A DNA stretch of 64,000 nucleotides from Candidatus Omnitrophota bacterium (GTDB lineage Bacteria; Omnitrophota; Gorgyraeia; Gygaellales; Profunditerraquicolaceae), in assembly GCA_963805065.1 (NCBI GenBank), contig CAWDSS010000017.1, positions 64,726 through 128,725 on the forward strand, in the 5' to 3' direction. Position 1 is the stretch's first letter. Each line of letters begins with the position of its first letter. This document shows positions 18,868 to 27,886 of this stretch, piece by piece. Below the pieces are notes generated by a model that made no database searches, had not been told where the DNA came from, and saw only the letters and a program-made list of their open reading frames with translations. The position numbers and the translations under genes were made by a program.

Positions 18868-20542
18868 ATTGTTTAAAATGGAGAATGCCTTTTGTATGCA
18901 GTATATATTTAAGCAGTGTCTTTGCTATTCCCAGCCCGTAGATTAAGGAGGGTATAAATTTAATAGTTGAAGCCTCCTGGAAATAACGAGTGTGTATAGG
19001 CACCTCTTCTATTTTTAAATAGTGCATAATCCCCTGGACGATAATCTCATTATCAAATACGAAATTATCAGAGTTACGCATAAAATTTACCGACCTTAAG
19101 TATTTTACGCTATACGCCCTGAAACCGCTGTGGTATTCGCTAAGATAGGTGCCCAAAATAACATTTTCTGTTGCGCTAAGCAATATGTTGGCATTATGTT
19201 TCCATAAAGGCATTCCTCCCTCTAATGCACCCCCCTTCATCATCCTCGAACCGAATACGGCGTCGGCCTCGCCTTTTTGTATGGGCTCTATAAGCTTGGG
19301 GATTACCACGGGGTCATATTGATAGTCCGGATGGACCATCACTATGATTTCTGCCCCCATTTCCAATGCTTTAGTAAAACACGTTTTTTGGTTTGCCCCG
19401 TACCCTCTGTTTTTGTCGTGGGAAAATACTGTTAAGCCCAATCTTTTTGCAACTTCTACGGTATTATCGGTACTTGCGTCATCAACCAGGATTATATCGT
19501 CCACGAGGTTCTTGGGGATATCCCGCAGCGTTAACTCTAGGGTCTTTGAAGCGTTATAAGCAGGCAATACTACTATAGTTTTCATCTTTCTTTCTGCGTG
19601 CTTCTCTTTTTTCTCATCTTCTTTAATAAATTCCAGGGAGCGCTTTTTAAAGGCGATTATCTCAACCTGGTCGCCAAGATTGATTTTTATAAGCTTGTTA
19701 TGTAAAAATAATATTTTTGAAATGAAGTTGACCGAATAGAATAAAAAACTGTTATAATATCTTACCTTTTTGCTCCAATAACTTACGCTAAACACCCTTG
19801 CATGAGAAACGCACTTTATTGCCTTCAACCCAGCCGCATCAAGCATATTTGTCAAAGTCTTTTTAGAGAAATAATAGAGGTGCGCCTCTTTTATGCCCCA
19901 CCATCTTGCCCGCAGAAGCCTGCTTAACCAGCTTTCGATATCGGGGGTTGAAATACATAGTATACCGTTAGGTTTTAATATCCTCCTTACCTCCTCCAGG
20001 GTTTTTTTCGGGTCAGGCAAGTGTTCTATGCAATCCACCATAACAATAGCATCAAAATAATTAAAGGGGAATTTTGCGCTCTCCAGCGTGCCTTCAAAGA
20101 TATCCAGATTGTATTTATCTCTACCTATATTGGCAGCCCATGCGGATAATTCAATCCCGTGAGGATCCCATCCCTGTTTTTTAGCCTCATCAAGCAAAAA
20201 ACCCGTTGCGCATCCGATATCAAGGATCCTGCCGCCTCGCTTATATCTGGCAATCCTTTTAAGAATAATCCTCGCGGAAATCCTCCTACCCTGCTCTTCG
20301 TTGCTGTAATCAACATCTTGCATATTCCGGTAGCTTTCATATATTTTTATTTTATCCTGCTGGGGATTGATGTAAACTAAACCGCACCTTAAACACTGTA
20401 CAATCCTGAATGGCACAACGCATGCCAGGTCCGAGGTAATTTTATAAGTGAATTCCCGGCCATTTAAATCTCCTTCGCCGTTAAAAGAATATACGACTTT
20501 ATAATATTGCGAACCGCATAAATTACAGAGTGTCTGTGTCAT
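18860..20542 (-). CDS. Fusion protein: Zn-ribbon + class I SAM methyltransferase (N) / family 2 glycosyltransferase (C)
   Basis: N-terminus has CNLC...CLRC followed by SAM motif I (RILDIGCATGFLLDEA). From ~aa 320 there is GT2 (VLPAYNASKTLELTL, LVDDASTDNT, NRGYGANQKT). Confidence 0.75.
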   Translation of the reverse strand: MTQTLCNLCGSQYYKVVYSFNGEGDLNGREFTYKITSDLACVVPFRIVQCLRCGLVYINPQQDKIKIYESYRNMQDVDYSNEEQGRRISARIILKRIARYKRGGRILDIGCATGFLLDEAKKQGWDPHGIELSAWAANIGRDKYNLDIFEGTLESAKFPFNYFDAIVMVDCIEHLPDPKKTLEEVRRILKPNGILCISTPDIESWLSRLLRARWWGIKEAHLYYFSKKTLTNMLDAAGLKAIKCVSHARVFSVSYWSKKVRYYNSFLFYSVNFISKILFLHNKLIKINLGDQVEIIAFKKRSLEFIKEDEKKEKHAERKMKTIVVLPAYNASKTLELTLRDIPKNLVDDIILVDDASTDNTVEVAKRLGLTVFSHDKNRGYGANQKTCFTKALEMGAEIIVMVHPDYQYDPVVIPKLIEPIQKGEADAVFGSRMMKGGALEGGMPLWKHNANILLSATENVILGTYLSEYHSGFRAYSVKYLRSVNFMRNSDNFVFDNEIIVQGIMHYLKIEEVPIHTRYFQEASTIKFIPSLIYGLGIAKTLLKYILHTKGILHFKQFE

Positions 20543-22419
20543 TTTAAATCGGTTATAAATATCCTGCCGGAATCATCGGCTCCTTCGTCTGGCCTGCAAA
20601 TCATATTATTGCGAAAATCAAAAAAACCTATTCTTAATTCGTAATCCTGCTTGAGTAAATCACCCGGAATTTTAATCCTGTAGATGTCTTTAAATATCTG
20701 CCCTTCCTGCCAGCTATTCGTGGGGGAAATCCTGTAGCAAATTGGCATAAATTTCCTCAGTACCAAAGCACCGTTTCCATCTACAACGTCAAGAAAAATA
20801 TTGATATCTTTATCCGTATGCTTGAGAGAATGCCAGTAAAAAACAGCCTCCAAAATACCCTCTTTAGCGGGGGCGCTTATTTCATATCCCATCAGCTGGA
20901 TTTCATTATCTATGCTGATTCCGCTTTTATGCTGCAGGTCCGCGGGCACCTCCTGCACGGATTTAGATAGTACATATTTGGCAGGGGCGCCCTTCTGGAA
21001 TAAAACTATCGAATCAAGCATATCCTGCGCCTGGAAGTCTCCTTCCGATAGAAGATTCCGAATATTCTTATAGTTTTCCGGCCCATAAAATGACCTGAAC
21101 GTTAAGAAATCATTAAAATCAATCAAAGCATATTGCACGTCTTTCGGCAATTCATATCTTTTACTTGATATCGTATAATATCCCATATAAACATGGTGAA
21201 AAGAATAAAGACGGGCCCTATGCGACAGGTGGGATAGAAATTCAAATGTTGTAACCACCGATGCATCTTTGGGGATTTTAGCTAATAACGAATCTTTGTA
21301 TATATCCAGGTAGCCTTTCTTATAAAGGCCTATATTCCGCAATGCTGCAAAATGAGGACCCATAAATATATTGGCCGTCAATGCTATGGCTAATAGGCAA
21401 ATTTTAAGGCATATCTGGTAATTCTTAATCCACTTATTCTTCAACAAAAATTGCACTGCGAATATGAAGGCAAAAAATACGAACGGGATTATTTCTGCTG
21501 TATAGTGGTAGAAAATCGTCAATTCTGTAAACCTTGCCGAAATTATGTGCTGGAGAAAAAAAGGCAAAGCCGGGATTAACCCCAGAGGGGCCAATAATGG
21601 CAAAAAAGAAACGGGGAAGAAAATACTAAAAAGGTAATTAAGGCTTTGCGTCCTGAATAGTAATTTAATAAATAGACCGGGGTGCATTAAAAGGTTTAAT
21701 AAAACGCGGGGGAGAGAATCGCCTAAATAACCGTATATCGCGGCAAACTGGATCGTATTATTATTAAAGTACGACATTAACGAAAGGGCAGCGAAGAAAT
21801 AAACCGTTCCTAAAAAGATGGGCGTCAGTATCCATTTCAACTTGCGTTTATTAAAGAATGCCAGGGCCCCAAACATTATAATTGCCAAGGGTATATTTTC
21901 CTGGCAGAGCATGGATAATATGGCAAATATTAAGAAAGCCGTAAAAGAGGATGACACATAATAATAAATGGTAAAGGCTAGGAAGAATGTGGCAAATACT
22001 GTAGGGTGGAATTCGTACAGGTTAGTATAACCCAATGAAGGATAAAAAAGATAAACCGCGCTGATAACCAATGCCCAGCTATTGCCTATTAAACGCCTCG
22101 CCAATAGATACAGCGGGATAGCGCTAAAACCGAGGGCTATCGTTTGTAACAAAAGCAGGGTTATCGGATGGCTGAATATCATATAGAGCGGGACAGCGAA
22201 GAACATAATTAAATGCATGTGATTACCCAAGAATGGTATTCCCAGAATAGAATTAAATATTGAGCCATGCATCATATTCCATACAGCCAGGTCATGGACC
22301 GCCAAATCAAAATCATTATAAGAAAATGAATTGAATTTCATTATGCTGATTAAGCCGAAATAAAATATGTAGGCTAAAACCAGAATTGCCATAATTGACC
22401 TGCTTGTTTGTTTTTTCAT
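20539..22419 (-). CDS. DUF2079-family polytopic membrane protein with C-terminal extracytoplasmic domain
   Basis: 626 aa. YNDFDLAVHDLAVWNMMHGS...LGNHMHLIMFF...LLLLQTIALGFSAIPLYLLARR matches my memory of DUF2079. About 12 TM helices plus a ~200-aa soluble tail. Confidence 0.55.
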   Translation of the reverse strand: MKKQTSRSIMAILVLAYIFYFGLISIMKFNSFSYNDFDLAVHDLAVWNMMHGSIFNSILGIPFLGNHMHLIMFFAVPLYMIFSHPITLLLLQTIALGFSAIPLYLLARRLIGNSWALVISAVYLFYPSLGYTNLYEFHPTVFATFFLAFTIYYYVSSSFTAFLIFAILSMLCQENIPLAIIMFGALAFFNKRKLKWILTPIFLGTVYFFAALSLMSYFNNNTIQFAAIYGYLGDSLPRVLLNLLMHPGLFIKLLFRTQSLNYLFSIFFPVSFLPLLAPLGLIPALPFFLQHIISARFTELTIFYHYTAEIIPFVFFAFIFAVQFLLKNKWIKNYQICLKICLLAIALTANIFMGPHFAALRNIGLYKKGYLDIYKDSLLAKIPKDASVVTTFEFLSHLSHRARLYSFHHVYMGYYTISSKRYELPKDVQYALIDFNDFLTFRSFYGPENYKNIRNLLSEGDFQAQDMLDSIVLFQKGAPAKYVLSKSVQEVPADLQHKSGISIDNEIQLMGYEISAPAKEGILEAVFYWHSLKHTDKDINIFLDVVDGNGALVLRKFMPICYRISPTNSWQEGQIFKDIYRIKIPGDLLKQDYELRIGFFDFRNNMICRPDEGADDSGRIFITDLK

Positions 22420-22436
22420 GCTTTCAGGATTCTAAC

Positions 22437-22484
22437 TAAAAAGAAAGCCCCTGTAAATATGAGATAAGGACATTTTACAGGGGC
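22437..22484 (-). terminator. Rho-independent terminator
   Basis: Minus strand reads GCCCCTGTAAA-16 nt loop-TTTACAGGGGC followed by TTTCTTTTTAG, 15 nt after the stop at 22500. Confidence 0.7.
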
Positions 22485-22499
22485 TCGCTTTCCGTTACC

Positions 22500-22739
22500 T
22501 TATCTCTTTTTTTTCTTGCCGCCTCTTTTCATCTTAGCGCAAGAGATATCGCCTTTCTTGTCTAAGAAATAAAGGTAGCCTTCTTTTCTCTTGATACCAA
22601 CCTTGGCCACCTTCTTGGGGCTACCTCCTTTTTTGGTGCCTCTTGCCATCTTAGCGCAAGAAACATCGCCTTTCTTGTCAATATAATAGAGGTAGCCTTT
22701 CTGCCTCTTGATGCCCAGCTTTACTAATTTTTCTGCCAT
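22500..22739 (-). CDS. Small lysine-rich protein made of two 39-aa repeats
   Basis: 79 aa. (V/A)K(L/V)GIKR(Q/K)(K/E)GYLY(Y/F)(I/L)DKKGD(V/I)SCAKM(A/K)RG occurs twice (117-nt DNA period). Strong SD GGAAGGGGGTGA and its own terminator. Confidence 0.7.
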   Translation of the reverse strand: MAEKLVKLGIKRQKGYLYYIDKKGDVSCAKMARGTKKGGSPKKVAKVGIKRKEGYLYFLDKKGDISCAKMKRGGKKKKR

Positions 22740-22773
22740 TCTTGTGTCACCCCCTTCCGTTTGTTATTTTATT

Positions 22774-23595
22774 TTAAGAGCCTACTTTAACCGGCTCCAA
22801 AATTTGTTTTAAAGTTGCCGCGGCTGATAACACTGCCAGATAACTTGTCTTGGGATTATTAGGATGAATAACGTTTTCGGTCCTGGCGGTAATTTTACCG
22901 CAGTCAGATTCAATTTCTATTTCGTGAATATTGTTGGTTACATTCGGTGAGGCAATTATACGCACAAGCGTATCTATCGGCCCAATTCCGGCGATACTCA
23001 ATGTTACCGCTACGTTAATATTCTGCGGAAACGCCCTTATGGCTGTCATGGCGTTACCTTCAAAAATAACGGTTTCCTCCGAGATATTATCCAACCTGAT
23101 CTGTCTTTTCAATACGTAAGGATTGCCTAAAAACGCCTTCGCAGGTTTCTTGGTAGTCAGGGTAACTTTGTTAATTTTGCCTACGGAGGCTGCCTTTAAA
23201 CCGTCAATGCCGCATATGGCACCCGAAGGAATAAAAATATGCGCATTTTTTTCTTCGGCAAACAGGAATAATTCTTTGTAATTCTCAACAATGCCCCCTA
23301 CACTTAAAATCATTATGTCCTTGGAAAGCGCAAGAGTTTTTTTGATTATCTCTACCACACTATCCGGTTTAGTAGCCTCAATAATCAAATCTGACTTATT
23401 GATTAAGCTTTCAAGATTTAGAACCGTCAACTTTTGATTATTAAGATTATGCGCCAAACTGTAGGCCTTTTCCATATCGATATCAAAAATTCCTGATAAC
23501 TGCGCTTTTTGTGAGAATTCTTTGGTAATGTAACTGGCCAGAGAAGAGCCTATAGCACCACATCCTACAATTCCTACTTTTAATAACTTTGGCAT
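22774..23595 (-). CDS. nadX: L-aspartate dehydrogenase
   Basis: VGIVGCGAIG, FIPSGAICGIDGLKA, FPQNINVAVTL and NNPKTSYLAV parallel the Thermotoga NadX motifs. I use ATG 23595 because the ORF-track start 23616 is a TTG inside a repeat. Confidence 0.8.
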   Translation of the reverse strand: MPKLLKVGIVGCGAIGSSLASYITKEFSQKAQLSGIFDIDMEKAYSLAHNLNNQKLTVLNLESLINKSDLIIEATKPDSVVEIIKKTLALSKDIMILSVGGIVENYKELFLFAEEKNAHIFIPSGAICGIDGLKAASVGKINKVTLTTKKPAKAFLGNPYVLKRQIRLDNISEETVIFEGNAMTAIRAFPQNINVAVTLSIAGIGPIDTLVRIIASPNVTNNIHEIEIESDCGKITARTENVIHPNNPKTSYLAVLSAAATLKQILEPVKVGS

Positions 23596-23611
23596 ATGAA
23601 TTAACGTAAAA

Positions 23612-23706
23612 GTCAAAACGTAAAAATAAAAACTGCAACTTAAAACTAAAAACGTTTTAAGTTTTGCGTTGCAGTTTTGCGCTTTGAGTTTTTAGTTTTG
23701 AGTTTA
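23612..23706. repeat. Palindromic block of A/T-rich heptamer repeats at the panC/nadX junction
   Basis: (N)AAAAC(N) units on the left and GTTTT(N) units on the right, centred on AACGTT at 23651..23656. An 11-bp perfect stem AAAACTGCAAC/GTTGCAGTTTT is present. The block encodes the last ~15 aa and the stop of panC. Confidence 0.75.
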
Positions 23707-24541
23707 CAATGATATTATCAATTAGCCTAGCCTTTCCTATCCAAACAGCTAAAGCAATCAAAGCCCTGCCTCGGATTTTAGTTAACGGGCGAAGGGTTTT
23801 AGAATCCACTACGCATATATACTGGATTTTGGCGCTTTTTTTCTTATTTATCATCTGTTTCATTTTGCTGACTAAAGCTGGCGCGTTTAGTTCTTTTTGG
23901 CCTATCAATCTTTTAGCCAGCGTTAATGCCTGATATAAAACTGCAGCATCTTTCCTCTCGTTAAAGTTAAGGTACTTATTTCTAGAACTCATGGCTAAAC
24001 CATCTGCTTCTCTTGCGGTAGGCATAACCTTCACTTTAACAGGCATATTTAAATCCTGGACCATTTTCTCTATGATTATTGACTGCTGGGCATCCTTTTG
24101 CCCAAAATAAGCCGTATCGGGTTTAACAATATTAAATAATTTAATTACCACTGTAGCCACGCCTTTAAAATGCCCCGGACGAAACCCGCCGCACAAGAGT
24201 CCGCTTAAATCATCAACAGACACGTATGTTTGATAACCTTCGGGGTACATGCTTTTAGCCGAAGGGGAAAATACTATATCAACCTCTGCCTTTTTACAGA
24301 GTAATGTATCTTGCTTTAGATTACGGGGGTATTTAGCGAAGTCTTCTTTAGGCCCGAATTGAACGGGATTAACAAAAATACTAACGATAACAAAATCATT
24401 TTCTTTGCGAGCCTTACGAATGAGGCTAAGATGGCCTTCATGTAAAGCTCCCATGGTGGGGATGAAACCTATTGTCCTGCCGCGTTGCGTTATCCTATTA
24501 GCTGTATTTGACATTCGCCTTAAGCTGCTGATTATTCTCAT
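23657..24541 (-). CDS. panC: Pantoate--beta-alanine ligase
   Basis: GFIPTMGALHEGHLSL and overall PanC architecture. ATGA overlap with the folK stop. Confidence 0.93.
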   Translation of the reverse strand: MRIISSLRRMSNTANRITQRGRTIGFIPTMGALHEGHLSLIRKARKENDFVIVSIFVNPVQFGPKEDFAKYPRNLKQDTLLCKKAEVDIVFSPSAKSMYPEGYQTYVSVDDLSGLLCGGFRPGHFKGVATVVIKLFNIVKPDTAYFGQKDAQQSIIIEKMVQDLNMPVKVKVMPTAREADGLAMSSRNKYLNFNERKDAAVLYQALTLAKRLIGQKELNAPALVSKMKQMINKKKSAKIQYICVVDSKTLRPLTKIRGRALIALAVWIGKARLIDNIIVNSKLKTQSAKLQRKT

Positions 24542-24939
24542 ATGATTTGTAACAAAGGCCTGATTACAAAATCCCTCTCAAGCATCCTGGGATGCGGGAT
24601 TTTTAAGGTTTTTTTGTCTATAGCCTCATTACCGTATAACAAAATATCCAAATCAATTACACGCGGCCCAAAACGCACGCTTCTTTTCCTACCCAATTCT
24701 TTTTCAATCTGTTTAAGTTTTCTAAGTAGAATATATGGAGACAGGCTTGTGTGGATTTTCAAAGCGGCATTGAGGAATTTAGGCTGTCCGGCAGGACCAC
24801 CCACCGGATCAGTCTCTATTATTCTGGATATTTTAATGATTGTTGTATCTTTCAAGGAGTTAATTTTTTTAACGGCTGATTTTATAGTTTTACGCCTGTC
24901 TCCCAGATTAGAGCCTATGCCCAAATAACAGGTTACCAT
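24538..24939 (-). CDS. folK: 2-amino-4-hydroxy-6-hydroxymethyldihydropteridine diphosphokinase
   Basis: YLGIGSNLGDR and GPRVIDLDILLY motifs. 133 aa. Confidence 0.9.
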   Translation of the reverse strand: MVTCYLGIGSNLGDRRKTIKSAVKKINSLKDTTIIKISRIIETDPVGGPAGQPKFLNAALKIHTSLSPYILLRKLKQIEKELGRKRSVRFGPRVIDLDILLYGNEAIDKKTLKIPHPRMLERDFVIRPLLQII

Positions 24940-24945
24940 TTCAAT

Positions 24946-24988
24946 AAGCTCACAACTTACGGAACAAGGTGAACGTAAGTTTGGGCTT
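24946..24988. repeat. AACTTACG-type palindromic element, copy A
   Basis: AAGCTCACAACTTACG-gaacaaggtgaa-CGTAAGTTTGGGCTT, between the dapL stop and the folK start. Confidence 0.7.
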
Positions 24989-26151
24989 CATTTGTGTATT
25001 TTACTCAGTCGCCTAAATGCCTCTTTTATTCTTTCCCTTGATACAGTAAGCGCCATACGGATGTATCCTTCACCGTTCTTGCCAAATCCTGTTCCGGGAG
25101 TGACTATGATATCTGCTTTTTGTAATAAAAACCCCGCAAATTCTATGGAGTTGGTATTTTTCGGCAGTTTAATCCATACATAGAAAGTCGCTTTGGGAAT
25201 CCTCGCCTGCCAACCTAAAGATTCTAATCCTGAGACTAAGGTATCGCGTCTCTCCTGATAAAGGCTACGCATATTTTCTATATGCTCCTGCGGCCCCTCT
25301 AACGCGGCTATTCCTGCGAATTGTATCGCGGAAAATATTCCTGAATCAATGTTGGATTTTACTTTTGCTAAGGCAGATATCAAATTCCGGTTACCACAGG
25401 CCCAGCCGATACGCCAACCTGTCATATTGTATGTTTTGGAGAGAGAATGGAATTCTATTGCTACGTCTTTAGCACCTTCTATCTCTAAGAAGCTAGGCGG
25501 ACTAAACCCGTCATAAGCTATTTCAGAATAAGCCAAATCAGAAACCACAATTATTTTGTGTTTCCTGGCAAATTCAATAACATCGCGATAAAACGATTTT
25601 TGCGCAATAGCTGAAGTAGGATTATTAGGATAATTAATAAACATTATTTTTGCTTTTTTAGCTACGCTTGCAGGTATTTTTTTTGTGTCTAGCAGGAAAT
25701 TATTTGATTCCAAAAGCGGCATCAAATAAGGTTTGCCTCCGGCAAGGATTGTCCCTCCTTTGTAAGGAGGATAGCCGGGATCCGGGACTAATGAATAATC
25801 CCCCGTATTCAAAAATGCTAACGGTAAATGAGCAATCCCCTCTTTTGAGCCTATAAGAGGAAGAATTTCGCTATCGGGATTAAGATTCACGTTAAAACGT
25901 CTTTTATACCATCCTTCGATAGCGCGTCGCAAAGCCGGCATACCCTGATCTAAAGCATAGCGATGGTTTACGGGATCCTGCGCAGCACTATACAATGCCT
26001 CAATTATATGTTTAGGCGTCGGCTGATCAGGATCGCCTACTCCTAAATCAATAATATCCCTGCCTGATGCCACGGCTATTCTTTTGGCTTTATCAATTTC
26101 TAAAAAAGGGTAAGGCGGCAATGATTGTAATTTCTTAGATAAATTAAACAT
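24988..26151 (-). CDS. dapL: LL-diaminopimelate aminotransferase (class I/II aminotransferase)
   Basis: LPPYPFLEIDKAK N-terminus and the PLP-lysine motif SLSKTYNMTGWRIGW. Context with dapA/B/F and lysA. Confidence 0.8.
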   Translation of the reverse strand: MFNLSKKLQSLPPYPFLEIDKAKRIAVASGRDIIDLGVGDPDQPTPKHIIEALYSAAQDPVNHRYALDQGMPALRRAIEGWYKRRFNVNLNPDSEILPLIGSKEGIAHLPLAFLNTGDYSLVPDPGYPPYKGGTILAGGKPYLMPLLESNNFLLDTKKIPASVAKKAKIMFINYPNNPTSAIAQKSFYRDVIEFARKHKIIVVSDLAYSEIAYDGFSPPSFLEIEGAKDVAIEFHSLSKTYNMTGWRIGWACGNRNLISALAKVKSNIDSGIFSAIQFAGIAALEGPQEHIENMRSLYQERRDTLVSGLESLGWQARIPKATFYVWIKLPKNTNSIEFAGFLLQKADIIVTPGTGFGKNGEGYIRMALTVSRERIKEAFRRLSKIHK

Positions 26152-26209
26152 TTTTTACTTTTGCCTTTAAACTTTTAACTTTTGGCTTTTTCCTTTTAAC
26201 TTTTACTTA
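26152..26209. repeat. Tandem A/T-rich heptamers (plus strand CTTTTNN) at the dapB/dapL junction
   Basis: tactttt gccttta aactttt aactttt ggctttt tcctttt aactttt acttaac. Includes the dapB stop codon. Confidence 0.7.
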
Positions 26210-26912
26210 ACACATCTTGCATTGAATACAAGCCCGGCGGTTTTCCAAAAACCCATTTCGCTGCCTTAAGAGCTCCCACTGCAAATAAATCCCTGGTATG
26301 AGCCTGGTGTTTTATTTCAATGCGCTCTGAGTTCCCGCAAAAGATTACTGTATGGTCTCCCACAATATCTCCTAATCTTATAGCATGGACAGGGATCTCT
26401 TTTTTAGTTACATCTGAGAGAATCTGGCCAAATTTCTTTGCCGTTCCCGAAGGCGCATCTTTTTTCCCCCTGTGATGCGCTTCTACAATCTCGATATTAT
26501 AATCCGGGCCTAGCCTTTTTGCTATTTCAGGCAGCATCGAGAATAAGACATTGACTCCCACGGACATATTGGGAGAAAACACTACCGGTACAACTTTAGA
26601 AATATCTTCGACTTTTCTTATTTGGGTATCGCTTAAACCTGTTGTGCCTAATACGAATGCTTTTTTATACCTGGCAACATAATCCAAATTAACTTCTGTC
26701 GCCTCCGGGATTGTAAAATCAATAAACACATCAATTAAAAACAGGCCGTCGGCACTAGAGGAAATCTTCAGCTTCCCCATGTCCTTACCAATCATGGGAG
26801 TGCCTTTCTTCTCCAGCGCTAATGTCAATTCAAAATCCTTGTCAAAAGACGCCAGCTCAAATATTCGCCTGCCCATCCTTCCACAAGCACCGGCAATACC
26901 TAATTTTATCAT
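26196..26912 (-). CDS. dapB: 4-hydroxy-tetrahydrodipicolinate reductase
   Basis: GACGRMGRR N-terminus, EAHHRGKKDAPSGTA motif, SD AAGGAGAG. Confidence 0.93.
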   Translation of the reverse strand: MIKLGIAGACGRMGRRIFELASFDKDFELTLALEKKGTPMIGKDMGKLKISSSADGLFLIDVFIDFTIPEATEVNLDYVARYKKAFVLGTTGLSDTQIRKVEDISKVVPVVFSPNMSVGVNVLFSMLPEIAKRLGPDYNIEIVEAHHRGKKDAPSGTAKKFGQILSDVTKKEIPVHAIRLGDIVGDHTVIFCGNSERIEIKHQAHTRDLFAVGALKAAKWVFGKPPGLYSMQDVLSKS

Positions 26913-26964
26913 TGATCTCTCCTTAATTAAAATGACGCTGCCTCTGGCGTTTAGCGTAAAATTA

Positions 26965-26985
26965 GTCCTGCGCTATGCGCAGGAC
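26965..26985 (-). terminator. GC-rich hairpin after dapA (weak terminator or processing site)
   Basis: GTCCTGCGC-tat-GCGCAGGAC is a 9-bp perfect stem. The minus-strand tail TAATTTTA is only a weak U-run. Confidence 0.35.
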
Positions 26986-26995
26986 CTTATTCTCA

Positions 26996-27886
26996 TTACA
27001 ACAATCCGTACTCTTTTAATGCTTTTTTAAGTTTCTCCATGTTTTCCGGCAGCATCTCACACATGGGTAGACGCAAATCCGGTTCGCACATTCCCAATAA
27101 TCCCATTGCGGTTTTAACCGCTATAGGATTTGTTTCAATAAATAAAGCTTTAATCAAAGGCAAGAGCTTAAAATGCAGTTCTTTCGCTTTTGATAGGTTA
27201 CCTTTTTCAAATTGAGCTACTAACTCAGCCACATCTTTTGGCACGATATTAGCTACTACTGATATAATACCGGTGCCTCCGATACTTAAAACCGGTAAGG
27301 TAAGGCTATCATCTCCGGATATCAAATCAAAATTCGCAGGGCACAATTGTTTTATACGAGACATCTGGTCTAAGTTTCCCGATGCCTCTTTTACGCCTAC
27401 GATATTTTTGCAATCATGGGCTAATTTAGCAATAGTTTCAGGCTCTATGTTAACGCCTGTGCGCGAAGCAATATTGTAAAGGACTATAGGAATGCTTACT
27501 GATTTTGCCACGGCTTTAAAATGTTCATAAAGTCCTTTTTGCGTAGGCCTGTTATAATAAGGAGAAACCTGTAATGACGCATCTGCTCCGGCTTTTGCAG
27601 CATGTTTGGTGAGCATTATTGCTTCATCGGTAGAGTTTGATCCGGTACCAGCAATTACAGGCACTCTTTTTTTGGTTTGTTCGATTGTGATTTCAATAAC
27701 CCGGTCATGCTCTTCAAAAGAAAGAGTCGCAGATTCACCGGTTGTCCCGCAAGGCACGATTCCACTGCTGCCGTTTTTAATCTGGAACTCAATTAATTCC
27801 CTAAGCTTACTCTCATCAACTCTATTTTTTCCTCCGGAGGCGGATTCAAAAGGCGTAACTATAGCTACGATAGAACCTTTAAACAT
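26996..27886 (-). CDS. dapA: 4-hydroxy-tetrahydrodipicolinate synthase
   Basis: VPCGTTGESATLS, YNRPTQ, and active-site Lys context GVKEASG. Confidence 0.95.
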   Translation of the reverse strand: MFKGSIVAIVTPFESASGGKNRVDESKLRELIEFQIKNGSSGIVPCGTTGESATLSFEEHDRVIEITIEQTKKRVPVIAGTGSNSTDEAIMLTKHAAKAGADASLQVSPYYNRPTQKGLYEHFKAVAKSVSIPIVLYNIASRTGVNIEPETIAKLAHDCKNIVGVKEASGNLDQMSRIKQLCPANFDLISGDDSLTLPVLSIGGTGIISVVANIVPKDVAELVAQFEKGNLSKAKELHFKLLPLIKALFIETNPIAVKTAMGLLGMCEPDLRLPMCEMLPENMEKLKKALKEYGLL

